From a virus (Duplodnaviria; Caudoviricetes), in the IMG/VR virus record IMGVR_UViG_3300037483_000521, positions 1 through 44,485 of that record: a DNA stretch of 44,485 bases; one strand, given 5' to 3'. Position numbers and translations under genes: made by a program. Under the pieces are notes generated by a model, which ran no database searches, had not been told where the DNA came from, and worked only from the letters and a program-made list of their open reading frames with translations. The first letter of the stretch is position 1, and each line of letters opens with the position of its first letter. Below are positions 1-9,165 of the stretch, piece after piece.

Positions 1-126
1 AACCGTGGGCACATACAAGTCAAATTCTTGTCCTGAGACCCCAGCTAAAATGGTGACTGAGTTTGGGATAGGCACGAACACCGAAGGCACGTCGTACGTC
101 CACATTCCACCCCAGGTCACTCTGGG
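1..126. repeat. Terminal direct repeat, copy 1 (circular assembly overlap)
   Basis: 1-126 is identical to 44343-44468, and an ORF reads through the junction, giving a 44,342-bp circular or permuted genome. Confidence 0.95.
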
Positions 127-309
127 CATAGGCGGGTCGTAATCCGTCCATGAATCGTTTGGGTTTGTTATCGAGACGCCCGCAACAACATCCGAAATGG
201 TCTGCCCTGCCCCTTCATTTAAAGGAAAGAAGCTTTTACAAGTCGAGACCGTCGTGGGGTCGATGGAAACACCGCTGAGTGGAATCACCAACCGTGCTTT
301 TGTTTTCAA
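1..309 (-). CDS. 5' part of a 274-aa putative virion (LamG/lectin-like) protein that continues at 44342..43827
   Basis: Manual translation: TTG at 309, MKTKARLWIPLSGVSIDPTTVSTCKSFFPLNEGAGQTISDVVAG..., in frame with ORF 43827..44462 across the junction. SD-like AAGGGGTG upstream. Confidence 0.75.
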   Translation of the reverse strand, partial: MKTKARLVIPLSGVSIDPTTVSTCKSFFPLNEGAGQTISDVVAGVSITNPNDSWTDYDPPMPRVTWGGMWTYDVPSVFVPIPNSVTILAGVSGQEFDLYVPTV

Positions 310-1062
310 TCACGACACCCCTTTTAACGCCGGACAAATCCATTTATTACCATTAGCCCATTGATATGTCTGCCAAGCTAGGATCGACAAAATATTGGTA
401 GGTATCGTAGTAAACTTGGCAAACATAATGCCGTAAATGCCGCCCGTGCCCGCTGGGTTCCATCCACTGGCCCCAAAAATAAGATCATCAAGCGGATCAG
501 TCAACGCCACACCGCCAGCGGATGTAGCATCGGTAGGCGTATTGGCTAATGCTGTAGAGGTATCAGTGATGTTGCATTGATAGGTTGTCTGTCCGGTGCT
601 CGTATTAAACGCGCTTAAAACGTTGGCGCGACCATAATGAAGCGTGAACGCGGTTCCAGTAGCCTGATAAGCTGAAGCCGGGCCCAATATAAAAGGCGCA
701 GCAGTAGCTAAGTTTATAACGACCCCGGTAGCCGCGCCAAACGAAGATGGCGGGAAAGCACTACCGTCCCCCACGACAAAATACATAAATGGACTATCCA
801 GAGCGATGTCTGTACCAGTCGTGTTCTTCGCGCCAGAGGTCGTCTTTATCCCAAATCCGTCGGCTGTCCGAGTCAGACTCGCCACGGATAAAGTGGCTCC
901 CTGAACGATATCGGTTAACACCGCAGAAGCCGCCGCTTCGTTACATGGGAAAAACAACTCAACACAGGGGAAATTGGCGGCGATAGCATCAGCCGTTGTC
1001 GCATCCCAAGGACCACCCGCAGCGTGTCCAGAGAAATCTTTCCACGATCTGATAAGGCTCAT
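310..1062 (-). CDS. Putative virion protein, possibly LamG/concanavalin-like; paralog of the downstream gene
   Basis: 250 aa, Ala/Thr/Gly rich, FFPCNEAA...LTDIVQG motif, located in the structural operon. Confidence 0.65.
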   Translation of the reverse strand: MSLIRSWKDFSGHAAGGPWDATTADAIAANFPCVELFFPCNEAAASAVLTDIVQGATLSVASLTRTADGFGIKTTSGAKNTTGTDIALDSPFMYFVVGDGSAFPPSSFGAATGVVINLATAAPFILGPASAYQATGTAFTLHYGRANVLSAFNTSTGQTTYQCNITDTSTALANTPTDATSAGGVALTDPLDDLIFGASGWNPAGTGGIYGIMFAKFTTIPTNILSILAWQTYQWANGNKWICPALKGVS

Positions 1063-1460
1063 CGTGTGACCTCCTCGTTAACCGTCATGGTGTTGACCAT
1101 GCCTACGTAGTCCCATCGAATGATGGCGGGATCGAAATTAAAAGTTCGGGTAGTTCCTGCGGGAACAAAGACGTATTGTAAAACGCGCGAATCTGTCGTG
1201 GCTTCGGCAAACCAGTCCGTTGCGACGGCATCATTGGGCGCATCAAAAGAGACCCTTACGCCAGCCCCCGCACCAGCAGTACCTGTGGGAGAAACAGTGA
1301 GCTCCTTAATTCCAGTAGCGTCTGTCTGCTTATACGGGGCCGCCGCTGAATAAGTAGTGGTGATGTTGGTGGTAAGCTGGCTGAGTAAGGGGCCGGCATC
1401 GGGGAAGTTCTTTTTGATCTTGGCCGTATCGAGGGCCGCTTTCGTGAGTAGTGCGCTCAT
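1059..1460 (-). CDS. Putative virion structural protein (133 aa)
   Basis: ATG at 1460 with AGGAG RBS; ATGA overlap with the next gene; beta-strand-like Thr/Ala-rich sequence. Confidence 0.7.
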   Translation of the reverse strand: MSALLTKAALDTAKIKKNFPDAGPLLSQLTTNITTTYSAAAPYKQTDATGIKELTVSPTGTAGAGAGVRVSFDAPNDAVATDWFAEATTDSRVLQYVFVPAGTTRTFNFDPAIIRWDYVGMVNTMTVNEEVTR

Positions 1461-1468
1461 GGCCGCTC

Positions 1469-1705
1469 CTATGCGTATGTTAAAGCGGTTAGGTCCGTAG
1501 CGGCTTGAGTGAACTTGCCGCCGTCCGCCCACGTAATGACCGTGCCGGAGGACTCATCAATTTTCTGACAACGCCACGTGGCTGTTGCTTCCGCCGTACC
1601 AGGGACCGCCTCTGCGATGTACGTGACCGCACCGGAGACTGTAATCTTAGTCGCCAGCGCGCCGGCAACTGTTGGGTGGGAACTGCCTGGGGATGCCTCT
1701 AACAT
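1469..1705 (-). CDS. Small putative virion protein (78 aa)
   Basis: AGGAG RBS; YIAEAVPGT...WRCQKI motif; structural operon context. Confidence 0.7.
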   Translation of the reverse strand: MLEASPGSSHPTVAGALATKITVSGAVTYIAEAVPGTAEATATWRCQKIDESSGTVITWADGGKFTQAATDLTALTYA

Positions 1706-1720
1706 TGTCGTCTACTCCTG

Positions 1721-1777
1721 AAAAGAAAAGTCCGGAAAGCCGCGAAGCGTAACCCGCAAGCGTCTCCCCGGACTTCC
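1721..1777 (-). terminator. Rho-independent terminator after the capsid genes
   Basis: Minus strand AAGTCCGGGGAG...CTTTCCGGACTT long stem followed by TTCTTTT. Confidence 0.65.
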
Positions 1778-1802
1778 GTAATGAACGGTGTTGTGCTCGA
1801 CC

Positions 1803-1997
1803 TTACGCGATCGGGCTGGTTTCGGTTGCTTCGAGGTACGCCACGATGGCTTTCAGCCCCAGGAGCACGTCGAGCTTGGTCGTGTAAATCGAATCCGCCA
1901 CGCGCAGCTCGATCGCCTCGCTGGACGTGGACGCCCCCTCGGTCACCTGGCTCGCCAACTGCTCGCCGAGAATCACACTGTAAAAACGATCTGCCAT
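1803..1997 (-). CDS. Small capsid-associated hypothetical protein (64 aa)
   Basis: GAGG RBS; position downstream of the capsid and decoration genes. Confidence 0.7.
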   Translation of the reverse strand: MADRFYSVILGEQLASQVTEGASTSSEAIELRVADSIYTTKLDVLLGLKAIVAYLEATETSPIA

Positions 1998-2072
1998 GTT
2001 TCAGTTCCTCAGACAGAAGGGGCGGCTGAGCCGCGTAGCGCTTGCGCCGTTGGCAAGCCGCCCCGTTCCGTT

Positions 2073-2573
2073 TTAGATGACGTACCGGACCTTGAGTGAA
2101 ATCGAGGTCGGGCCGCCGTTGAACACGGTTTCCACGACGCAGCAGATGTCGTACTCGCGTTTGGAGTCGGCGGTCAGGCCGAGCACCTCCCACAACTGCT
2201 TCTCGCTCTCGGCGTAGGTGTACTCGCCGGACTCGAAGGTCTGGTCGCTGTTGTTGAACGGCCCGCCCGTGAGGGCCAACGCGCTCGCGAACAGGTCGCG
2301 GTCAACCACGGCGCTGCCGTTGTCGGCCGTCTGGTACACGCCGATGTCGATGGCGCCGCCGGTCGTCGCGTCCGCGGCGCACAGCATCAATTGCGAGATG
2401 CGGGCGTTTGACGGCACCCGAACCATGCGCATGATGGTGTCATCCGCTTGATCCGCGGCCGGGGTTACAACCCCAATCGCTTCGACGAGTCGACTGTTCG
2501 ACTCGAAGGCGTCGCCCTTCACGATCGGGGTGGCCGTCGCGTTGGTGATGTAGGTAGAAAGTAAGTCAGCCAT
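2073..2573 (-). CDS. Capsid decoration/cement-like protein
   Basis: 166 aa directly after MCP; beta-sandwich pattern (MVRVPSNARI, IDIGVY, ISLKVRYV); GAGGA RBS. Confidence 0.65.
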   Translation of the reverse strand: MADLLSTYITNATATPIVKGDAFESNSRLVEAIGVVTPAADQADDTIMRMVRVPSNARISQLMLCAADATTGGAIDIGVYQTADNGSAVVDRDLFASALALTGGPFNNSDQTFESGEYTYAESEKQLWEVLGLTADSKREYDICCVVETVFNGGPTSISLKVRYVI

Positions 2574-2603
2574 TTTGGTGTCCTCTGTTCAGTTCAACCG
2601 CGA

Positions 2604-3494
2604 TTACGCGCGATACGATTCGATTGCGTAGACCTTGTTTTCCTGCAGACGGGTCGCGCCCACAGTCATGAAGGCGTATGCCTGCCAGGGCTCGCCCTGA
2701 AGATCGTGGCGCATCGAGATTGAGGTCGAGATGTCGTTCCACTGGCCGAGATACATGCCACTCTTAACCCATACTGGCAGCGTCACCTCGTTGGTGCCCG
2801 CCAGCTCGGTCTCGATCAGTTCGCACTGAATGAACTTAAAGCCCAGGAACTCGACCAGCTTGCCGTCGTTCAGCACCGGCTTGGAGTTGAAGTCCAGCGA
2901 GATGATCTGAATTTCGTCCAGAAGCGCGGCGTGGTCCTCGGCGGTGAGGCCGATGTATGCCTCTTCGATGTCGAAATCGACGTGGTTCTTCATCATCAGT
3001 TTCTTCACGGCCTTGATCTTGGCGACGTTCAGCTTGGAATTGGCGCCGCCGGTGGCAACGTCAACCTCATTGGCCGCGGTGAAGATGGTGCTGGTCGCGC
3101 CTTGCTCGCCGGTCTTGGCGGTACCGGTGAAGGCCGCGCAGATTTCCTCGTCCTTCTTGCGGCCCAGCGCCAGCGCGGCGTTGAGGACGTAAGTGCTCGA
3201 AGGATCCGTCAGGAGCCGGAGCTTGTCGTAGTTGTCGATGAGCTGCGGCAGGTCGTAGTCGACCGGGAATACCCAACGGCGATCGGTGGGCGCGTCGACG
3301 CGTCCCATCGGAGCGAAGCGAGTGGTAACCTTGGTGGCCTCGATGGCGCCGAACTGGTCGACGGGCGAAGCCTGCTTGCCAGAATGGCCGCCGGTCATTA
3401 CGGCACCGGCCAGCTTGGAGCCTTTCTGTTGGAGCAGCAGCTCGATGTTGGAGCTGTACTGCTGGTAAAAATGAGTCGGTATATTGATCGACAT
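2604..3494 (-). CDS. Major capsid protein
   Basis: 296 aa; QQYSSNIELLLQQKGSKL, DKLRLLTDP and GATRLQE motifs typical of BPP-1-like podovirus capsids; follows the scaffold gene. Confidence 0.9.
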   Translation of the reverse strand: MSINIPTHFYQQYSSNIELLLQQKGSKLAGAVMTGGHSGKQASPVDQFGAIEATKVTTRFAPMGRVDAPTDRRWVFPVDYDLPQLIDNYDKLRLLTDPSSTYVLNAALALGRKKDEEICAAFTGTAKTGEQGATSTIFTAANEVDVATGGANSKLNVAKIKAVKKLMMKNHVDFDIEEAYIGLTAEDHAALLDEIQIISLDFNSKPVLNDGKLVEFLGFKFIQCELIETELAGTNEVTLPVWVKSGMYLGQWNDISTSISMRHDLQGEPWQAYAFMTVGATRLQENKVYAIESYRA

Positions 3495-3669
3495 GGGTCA
3501 ACCCCTTAAAAACCGTTGAAATTCGGGTTTTCGAAGAGGTTCCCCTTTCCCCACGCGCTGCCTTGCGTGAGTACGATCAGACCTGGCTTCTGCGTTGTCG
3601 CACCCCGCCGGGTGACCGTGCTTTCCGAGCTGTCAGCCGGGCCTTTTAGGCTTGTCGGCTTATGTTGGT

Positions 3670-3698
3670 AGTATCGCTACATGTTGCGTTTTTGTCAA
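3670..3698 (-). promoter_or_regulatory. Sigma70-like promoter for the capsid gene, with operator-like box
   Basis: TTGACA-N17-GATACT; the spacer contains CAACATGTAG (3677-3686). Confidence 0.75.
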
Positions 3699-3711
3699 TA
3701 CCTGACGCGAA

Positions 3712-4563
3712 CTACGCTGCCTTCGCCTCCGGATTGAGGAACTGATGCACCCGATCCCATTCTGCCTTGGCATCCACGTTACCGCCCATCAGTTTCGCAG
3801 AGAACTCCTTGTCCTGTTTCAGCGCCGTAATGCGCGCCCGAGCGGCGTCTGGCGTCATGACGTTCCCAAATTTTTGTCCGCCGTTAGCAGCCACGAACGT
3901 ATCTTCGCCCAACTTTTGACCAATGCCGTAAAGAAATTTCATGGCGCCTTCGGTTCCGAGCGCTTTGCGCAGCCCCAACACCTGTTCGGCCGACATGCCG
4001 AATTCGCGGGCTACGCCGTCCACGATGGCCTTGTTCTTTTCGAGCGCGGCGCCCCATTCCTTGTTCAGCTTCTCAGCGCCTTCTTTTACCGCCAGCGCCT
4101 CGGCTTCCGCGGCCGTTTGCCGCGTCTGCGCCATGTGCGCATTGAACTTCTCAATCACCTTCGCCGCCTGGCCGGTCGTCAGATTGGCTTCGTGGAACCA
4201 CGTCGAGGCATTCTTGACGAACTCGGGGTCGGCGCCGTTCGGCGCGGTCAGCTTGTAATCCTCGGCTTTGGCCGGACGGCCGAGACGATCGAACACCTTC
4301 GTCATGCCCTCGGCGTCGTCGGCCTTCGGCATCCGGATGATCTGGTCCGCCGGCACGCCGAGCAACTTCTCCATGTTCATGGTGCTGCGCACGGCTTCCG
4401 CCGGGTCTTTCCAGCCTTTCAGTTCCGCGTATCCCTTGACCTCGGGCTCGAACTTCGCGGTCCAGACCTCGGGCGCACCGCCCGCTCCGGCAGCACCCGC
4501 TGCGCCTGCCGCACCTTCGTTTCCAGCGGCACCCGCCGCACCTGCTGCGCCTGCTTCAGCCAT
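3712..4563 (-). CDS. Capsid scaffolding/assembly protein
   Basis: Gly/Ala low-complexity N-terminus, LGRP..EDY and LNKEWG motifs, between portal and MCP. Confidence 0.85.
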   Translation of the reverse strand: MAEAGAAGAAGAAGNEGAAGAAGAAGAGGAPEVWTAKFEPEVKGYAELKGWKDPAEAVRSTMNMEKLLGVPADQIIRMPKADDAEGMTKVFDRLGRPAKAEDYKLTAPNGADPEFVKNASTWFHEANLTTGQAAKVIEKFNAHMAQTRQTAAEAEALAVKEGAEKLNKEWGAALEKNKAIVDGVAREFGMSAEQVLGLRKALGTEGAMKFLYGIGQKLGEDTFVAANGGQKFGNVMTPDAARARITALKQDKEFSAKLMGGNVDAKAEWDRVHQFLNPEAKAA

Positions 4564-4574
4564 AAATCAGTTCC

Positions 4575-4832
4575 TCACTTGGTTTGATAGAGTTTCCACA
4601 GATCATCCGAACTCAGCTTCAGGTGCTGCTGAATCCGGAGAAAGACTTCGCGCCGACCGGCAAGCATGTCGGCTACGTGCGGGTCAGGGTGATACGTTGA
4701 CTCGTTGGCGCGGCAGAACTTCGCCAAGTCCGCCAGCACGACATCAGACATCGGCCCGTTGAACACGGCGCGATACGCCGTCTGCCGGCCAAACAGAAAC
4801 TGCTTGGCGCGCTCGATAACGTCGCTCATCAC
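4575..4832 (-). CDS. Conserved small head-module protein (Bbp19-like)
   Basis: YRAVF...VLADLAKFC...GRREVFLRI pattern commonly found between portal and scaffold genes. Confidence 0.7.
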   Translation of the reverse strand: MMSDVIERAKQFLFGRQTAYRAVFNGPMSDVVLADLAKFCRANESTYHPDPHVADMLAGRREVFLRIQQHLKLSSDDLWKLYQTK

Positions 4833-5056
4833 TTCACCGGGTAAGCCAGGCCGCGCTTATCGAGCTCATAGTCCGGCCGCAACCACTCTTCCCACGGCTT
4901 CGGATCCTCGCCGGAGGCTTGCGCGTCTGCGTTGTACTTGCCGTACTCAGTGCGCAATTTCTTCGTCAGACCCGCGCTGCCGGCGTTCATCAGATCGTCC
5001 GACGCCCGCGGTTTATCCTTCTCTTCCTTCATCATGATTTCGGATGCTTTTGCCAT
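4829..5056 (-). CDS. Hypothetical protein
   Basis: 75 aa, tightly packed between portal and the next gene. Confidence 0.7.
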   Translation of the reverse strand: MAKASEIMMKEEKDKPRASDDLMNAGSAGLTKKLRTEYGKYNADAQASGEDPKPWEEWLRPDYELDKRGLAYPVK

Positions 5057-5057
5057 G

Positions 5058-6674
5058 TCACGCCACCTGTTTCATCATGCCAGCCACTGCCGGCCCAGCT
5101 TCGATCGCCGTCGCCACCTGCTGCTGCTTGGCGCGCGCCTGGCGGATAATCTTTATCTGGTCGAGCGAGCGCATCCAGCGCGCCGGCACGGCCTGAATCT
5201 CGCCGATCTCCGGCATGATCGTGTCCCAATCGAACCAGTCCAACGGCTCCGGGTTCTGCGACTGCGCCACCACGTTAAGTGCAGTTTCGATGGTGCGCAT
5301 CAGGCCCGCGGCTTCCTCGGCGCGCTGCGCGCGGGACAGCGGGGAATCGTACTGCACGGTGTACTCGCCGCCGGCTTCGATGAGCGCCCCCGGCATCGGC
5401 GTCAGCATACCCTGCCGCGACAGCACATCCAGTTCACGTTCGATAAGCGGACCGAGGTATTCCGATTGCTGCCGACCCATCGTCGGCGACAACAGCATAC
5501 CCTTCTCACGCACGCGCTCCATCACTTCGGTCGCCGTCATTTCCGGCGTCTCGGTCAAAATCTGGAACAGGGTCACGAGGAACGCGTCGTTGATGACGCG
5601 CACCTCCATTTCCATCATCTTGTCGCCGACCGCCAGGTTCCCGGTCGGCAGCACATGCACCAGCGGGCGCCCGTCGGCATTCACGCCACCCGGGTTGATC
5701 GCGCCGGACTTCAGACTGAAGGTATCCACCACGCCGTCGTCGTGCGCCAGCAGCACCGGATCGACCACGCGCTGGCCCTGCTTCAGCATGGTTTTCTTTT
5801 CTTCGTTCAGCGTCTTGATCGCCGGCAGCACTTCCATCGCCGGACTACGGCCATAGACCTCGCCGGGCGCCTGGGTGTAGCGGCTGATGCTGTACGGGAA
5901 GGTGCGGTATCCGCCCTCCGACATCAGCGTTTTGGTTTCCTGCTCGACGTAGTACGACGCGAACGCCATGCCCTTGTAGTCACGGCGCTCGCTGTCCCGT
6001 TCCTCGCGCGGCTTCACGCAGTGCAGAAACCAGAACAGCCGCTTTGAATTCTTGCCATACTCGGCCTTGACGACCGGAGGCACCTTGTCCTCGCCCCATT
6101 TCTGAACGGCCTGGCGGGCCGTCATCGGGAACCGGCGGATGGCCTTGTCGATGATGCCCTGGTGGTTCTCGAAGAAATAAATCTCGCCGAGGTGGATGGC
6201 GCGGTAGCGGATGCCCGGCTCGTCGGCCAACTCATCCGTGAACAGACAGCCGGTGCCGAAGGCGCCCAAGCCGATATAATTCTGGTGATTCTGCCCGGCG
6301 AAGTTGGCCTTCGGGGCGTAGCGGTGCTTGAACAGCCGCGCGGTCGTCTCTTCCATCCACAGCCGAACTTCCCGATTGCGATTGAGTTCGGTGTTCCCCG
6401 GCATCAGCCGGTGCCACTTCTGGTTACGCGGGGTCAGCATCGACTCCATGACGGCGGCGAACCGGCTGAGCGCGATGGCCGCGGTGGAATCGTATTGCTT
6501 GGTGGTGCGCTTCTCGCCGGGGGTCTGATACTGGCCGTTCGTGGAGAACATGCCGGAATACGATGGCAGCGCCAGTTCGGCCACTTCCTGCCAGTGCGAT
6601 TCCCAGGTGCCGCGGTCACCCGAGACTTCCTGAAATTCACGACAGACTTCTTCGGCGATTGCGTTATCGACCAC
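5058..6674 (-). CDS. Portal (head-tail connector) protein
   Basis: 538 aa; GAFGTG, GEVYGRSP, MTATEV and SPLSRAQ motifs of T7/BPP-1-type connectors. Confidence 0.95.
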   Translation of the reverse strand: MVDNAIAEEVCREFQEVSGDRGTWESHWQEVAELALPSYSGMFSTNGQYQTPGEKRTTKQYDSTAAIALSRFAAVMESMLTPRNQKWHRLMPGNTELNRNREVRLWMEETTARLFKHRYAPKANFAGQNHQNYIGLGAFGTGCLFTDELADEPGIRYRAIHLGEIYFFENHQGIIDKAIRRFPMTARQAVQKWGEDKVPPVVKAEYGKNSKRLFWFLHCVKPREERDSERRDYKGMAFASYYVEQETKTLMSEGGYRTFPYSISRYTQAPGEVYGRSPAMEVLPAIKTLNEEKKTMLKQGQRVVDPVLLAHDDGVVDTFSLKSGAINPGGVNADGRPLVHVLPTGNLAVGDKMMEMEVRVINDAFLVTLFQILTETPEMTATEVMERVREKGMLLSPTMGRQQSEYLGPLIERELDVLSRQGMLTPMPGALIEAGGEYTVQYDSPLSRAQRAEEAAGLMRTIETALNVVAQSQNPEPLDWFDWDTIMPEIGEIQAVPARWMRSLDQIKIIRQARAKQQQVATAIEAGPAVAGMMKQVA

Positions 6675-6677
6675 GCG

Positions 6678-6926
6678 CTATGCTCCGAGCAACACTTTGC
6701 TGGCGAGCGTCGGCGCGGACGTGTCGCCCAAGCCACCGGTCAGCGTGGTGGATGCGCGCCCGGATTGACTGCGCTTTCTACGTTCCTCGGCCGCCGCTGC
6801 ATCGCGTTCAGCCGCGGCGCCGGTGTCGAGTTCGGGCGCGGTCGGTATCGGTGCCACTTCCGGCCTTTCCGGCACCAGCGCGTCCACTGCCTTGTCCGCC
6901 GCAAAAAGAGCAGTTATGCCGCTCAT
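6678..6926 (-). CDS. Small pre-portal virion assembly protein
   Basis: 82 aa; Pro-rich middle, GRASTTLTG and terminal LLG typical of the gene upstream of podovirus portals. Confidence 0.7.
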   Translation of the reverse strand: MSGITALFAADKAVDALVPERPEVAPIPTAPELDTGAAAERDAAAAEERRKRSQSGRASTTLTGGLGDTSAPTLASKVLLGA

Positions 6927-7390
6927 GCTTTCCCCTTTATTCGTTTCGTGTAGACGTGCTCGGTCACTTCGTATCCCATGTGTTCCAGCAGTTTGCCCAG
7001 CGCCGGGTGCCTGACCTTGACGTGGTGGTGCGCCACATCTACGCCCTCATCCGCCAACGCATTTTCCGCGTACTGCAAAAGCTCCAACCCCAGCCGGCCG
7101 CGCCTGTGTTCCGCCGAGACGAAAACCACGTCCTGCAGCGCCTGCTTCGAGGTGGCGTAGTGCGCGTGCCAGCTCACGAAAAAGACGGCGTACCCGATCA
7201 TCTTTCCGTCCAGCCGCGCCGTGAAACAGCGCAACGTCCCGCCGTCCTCGGCCCCGTTATAGCGGGCCTTGTCGGGCGCCAGCGGGATGTCCTGAAACGT
7301 AGCGATCTCGCGGTAGTGCGCTTCCAGCAGCGGCTCAATCTCGGCCCACAGGGCGTGCGCGCGTTCGCGCTGAAAGGTTACCGGCCGCAT
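6923..7390 (-). CDS. GNAT-family acetyltransferase
   Basis: Probable ATG at 7390 (TGATG overlap); VFVSAEHRRGRLGLELL acetyl-CoA motif A; LLEHMGY. Confidence 0.8.
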   Translation of the reverse strand: MRPVTFQRERAHALWAEIEPLLEAHYREIATFQDIPLAPDKARYNGAEDGGTLRCFTARLDGKMIGYAVFFVSWHAHYATSKQALQDVVFVSAEHRRGRLGLELLQYAENALADEGVDVAHHHVKVRHPALGKLLEHMGYEVTEHVYTKRIKGKA

Positions 7391-7647
7391 CAGTGCGACT
7401 CGACCGCCCCAAAACCTGTTACTTGCCCCAGCATGATGTGCCAATGCGGCGGCATGGAATGATTATCCACTGGCCCGTGTGACAGCCCGATAGTGCGCCG
7501 CTCTTCTTTGGCCCCGCTCAATTCCACAAAACCCTCGCCGACCAGGGTCAAAACCCCACGAAATCCGGTGCCATCCACCATGAAGAAGATGATTTCCTGC
7601 CCAATCAGCTCTCCAAGATGCGCGTCAAGCTTAGCAGGAATCAGCAT
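7390..7647 (-). CDS. Hypothetical protein with an Sm/LSm-like pattern
   Basis: LGELIGQEIIFFMVDGTGFRGVL...VELSGAKE...HIMLGQVTGF resembles the Sm1 and Sm2 motifs. Confidence 0.55.
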   Translation of the reverse strand: MLIPAKLDAHLGELIGQEIIFFMVDGTGFRGVLTLVGEGFVELSGAKEERRTIGLSHGPVDNHSMPPHWHIMLGQVTGFGAVESH

Positions 7648-7680
7648 GGGTGTTGCTTTTTGGACACTCTGTTGCGATTA

Positions 7681-9165
7681 TCAGTATGCCTCACAACCGG
7701 CCCCGTCCGCAAGCCTAGACCTGCGTTCCTTGGCCTTTTTCTTATTGAACACCACGTCGTGCTCGCCGCCACCCAGGAGCAGATACTGCAAAGCCTCGCA
7801 AACGTGGCTGTATTTGTTCTTGACCGGCGATTCATGGATTTGCGCCCCATTCGAGGACCGCACGAACTTGAAGTGGTAGCCGCTGACACACCCCTTGATG
7901 AGCGTCGGGCAGGTCGAGGACAGCAGGATCCCGGCGTTGCCATCCACCAGCCGGTTCAGGGTGTTGACCACCACCTCGCGGCGAATGTCGAAATCGTTCG
8001 AGGGCGCCGGGTACCACTTCCACTTCGTGTGCTGTTTCAGTATGTCGAGTGGAGTTTTCTCGTCGTTCTGCGAGCGCACGAGCCCTGCCGGGTCCGTCCA
8101 CCCCGCAGACACGTCTAAGTCTGGGTAGGTGCGCGCGATGTGGGCAGCCAGCAGGTCGGCGAAGCGGATCGTCCCGCAATCGTCAGTAACGAGTTCGTCC
8201 AGCAACAACCATCGCCCGTCCGCCAGGCGCTGCCCGATCACCGCGGCCGGGGTCAGCCCGAGGTCGGCGCCCACCAGCAGCGGCAGCCCGGCGACCGGTT
8301 CGATCTTCTCACTCGATACGTGGAGGTGGTGTCGGAACATCGGGTAGACCGGTCTGCCTTCCGCCACGAAACCGTACTCGCCGCGGATAAAAACCTTAAG
8401 ATAATCCTCGTCTTTGCCCACGCTGCTGAATTGGTAGTACCCGTTGCGCAGGTTCGGCAGGTTCTCGGCTTCCGGGGAGAGGCCCGAAGGCTGATCAAAA
8501 AACTGGATCAAGGGCTGACCGGGTTGCAGCGCGCCTAGGACGATGAGTTCGTTCGTCAGTTTCGCGACATCGGCCTCCATCTTCAGGTCGCTATGCGTAG
8601 CCATCCGGTAGTGCCACGACTCGGTATCAGGAGGATTGGTGTCGCAAATCAGTCCCGCCCACGTCGCGCCGCCCTTGCCTCCTTCTTTCTTGGGGTAACG
8701 ACCGACGCGGCCCGTCAGCGCGTCGAGAATAGACTTCGGAATAAACCGGCTTTCATTCAGCCACGCACCAGTCAGCTCTAGCGACATCACTTTTCTCACA
8801 TCATCATCGTTATCCAGGCCAAGAAAAAGGAACTCCATGTCGAGATCTTTCGTCTTAACTCGGTGGCTGAGAGGGGCCGACCAAGTGAACTTGCCGTAAT
8901 CGGCCGGAAGCCATTGCACCCACGTCGGTATCGTCGTGTTCTTCAAGTCGGGCATGGTGTTACGAACGACGGCCCATCTGGTACGACGTACGCCGTCACT
9001 GTCCGGGGCCTGCATTTGCGCACGGCGCAACAATTCAACCGCGCATGCGGTGGACTTGCCGGAACCGATCGGCCCCTTGATAACGCGAATAAAGGCGTTG
9101 GACTGGTGGAATGCCTTGACGACGGGGCCAGCCGGAGAATAGGAAATGACTTTGGGTTCAGCCAT
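7681..9165 (-). CDS. terL: Terminase large subunit
   Basis: Walker A GPIGSGKS, Walker B TGAWLNE, DTNPP coupling motif, nuclease motifs GADLG and HVCEALQY. Confidence 0.95.
   Translation of the reverse strand: MAEPKVISYSPAGPVVKAFHQSNAFIRVIKGPIGSGKSTACAVELLRRAQMQAPDSDGVRRTRWAVVRNTMPDLKNTTIPTWVQWLPADYGKFTWSAPLSHRVKTKDLDMEFLFLGLDNDDDVRKVMSLELTGAWLNESRFIPKSILDALTGRVGRYPKKEGGKGGATWAGLICDTNPPDTESWHYRMATHSDLKMEADVAKLTNELIVLGALQPGQPLIQFFDQPSGLSPEAENLPNLRNGYYQFSSVGKDEDYLKVFIRGEYGFVAEGRPVYPMFRHHLHVSSEKIEPVAGLPLLVGADLGLTPAAVIGQRLADGRWLLLDELVTDDCGTIRFADLLAAHIARTYPDLDVSAGWTDPAGLVRSQNDEKTPLDILKQHTKWKWYPAPSNDFDIRREVVVNTLNRLVDGNAGILLSSTCPTLIKGCVSGYHFKFVRSSNGAQIHESPVKNKYSHVCEALQYLLLGGGEHDVVFNKKKAKERRSRLADGAGCEAY

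Noticed and set aside
1-126. Terminal repeat as a biological direct terminal repeat
   Set aside because: It falls mid-gene and has the length of a typical assembler overlap, so it indicates circularity only.
310-1062. Diversity-generating retroelement acting on the paralogous virion genes or tailspike
   Set aside because: No reverse transcriptase, and no near-identical repeat pair differing at adenines was seen.
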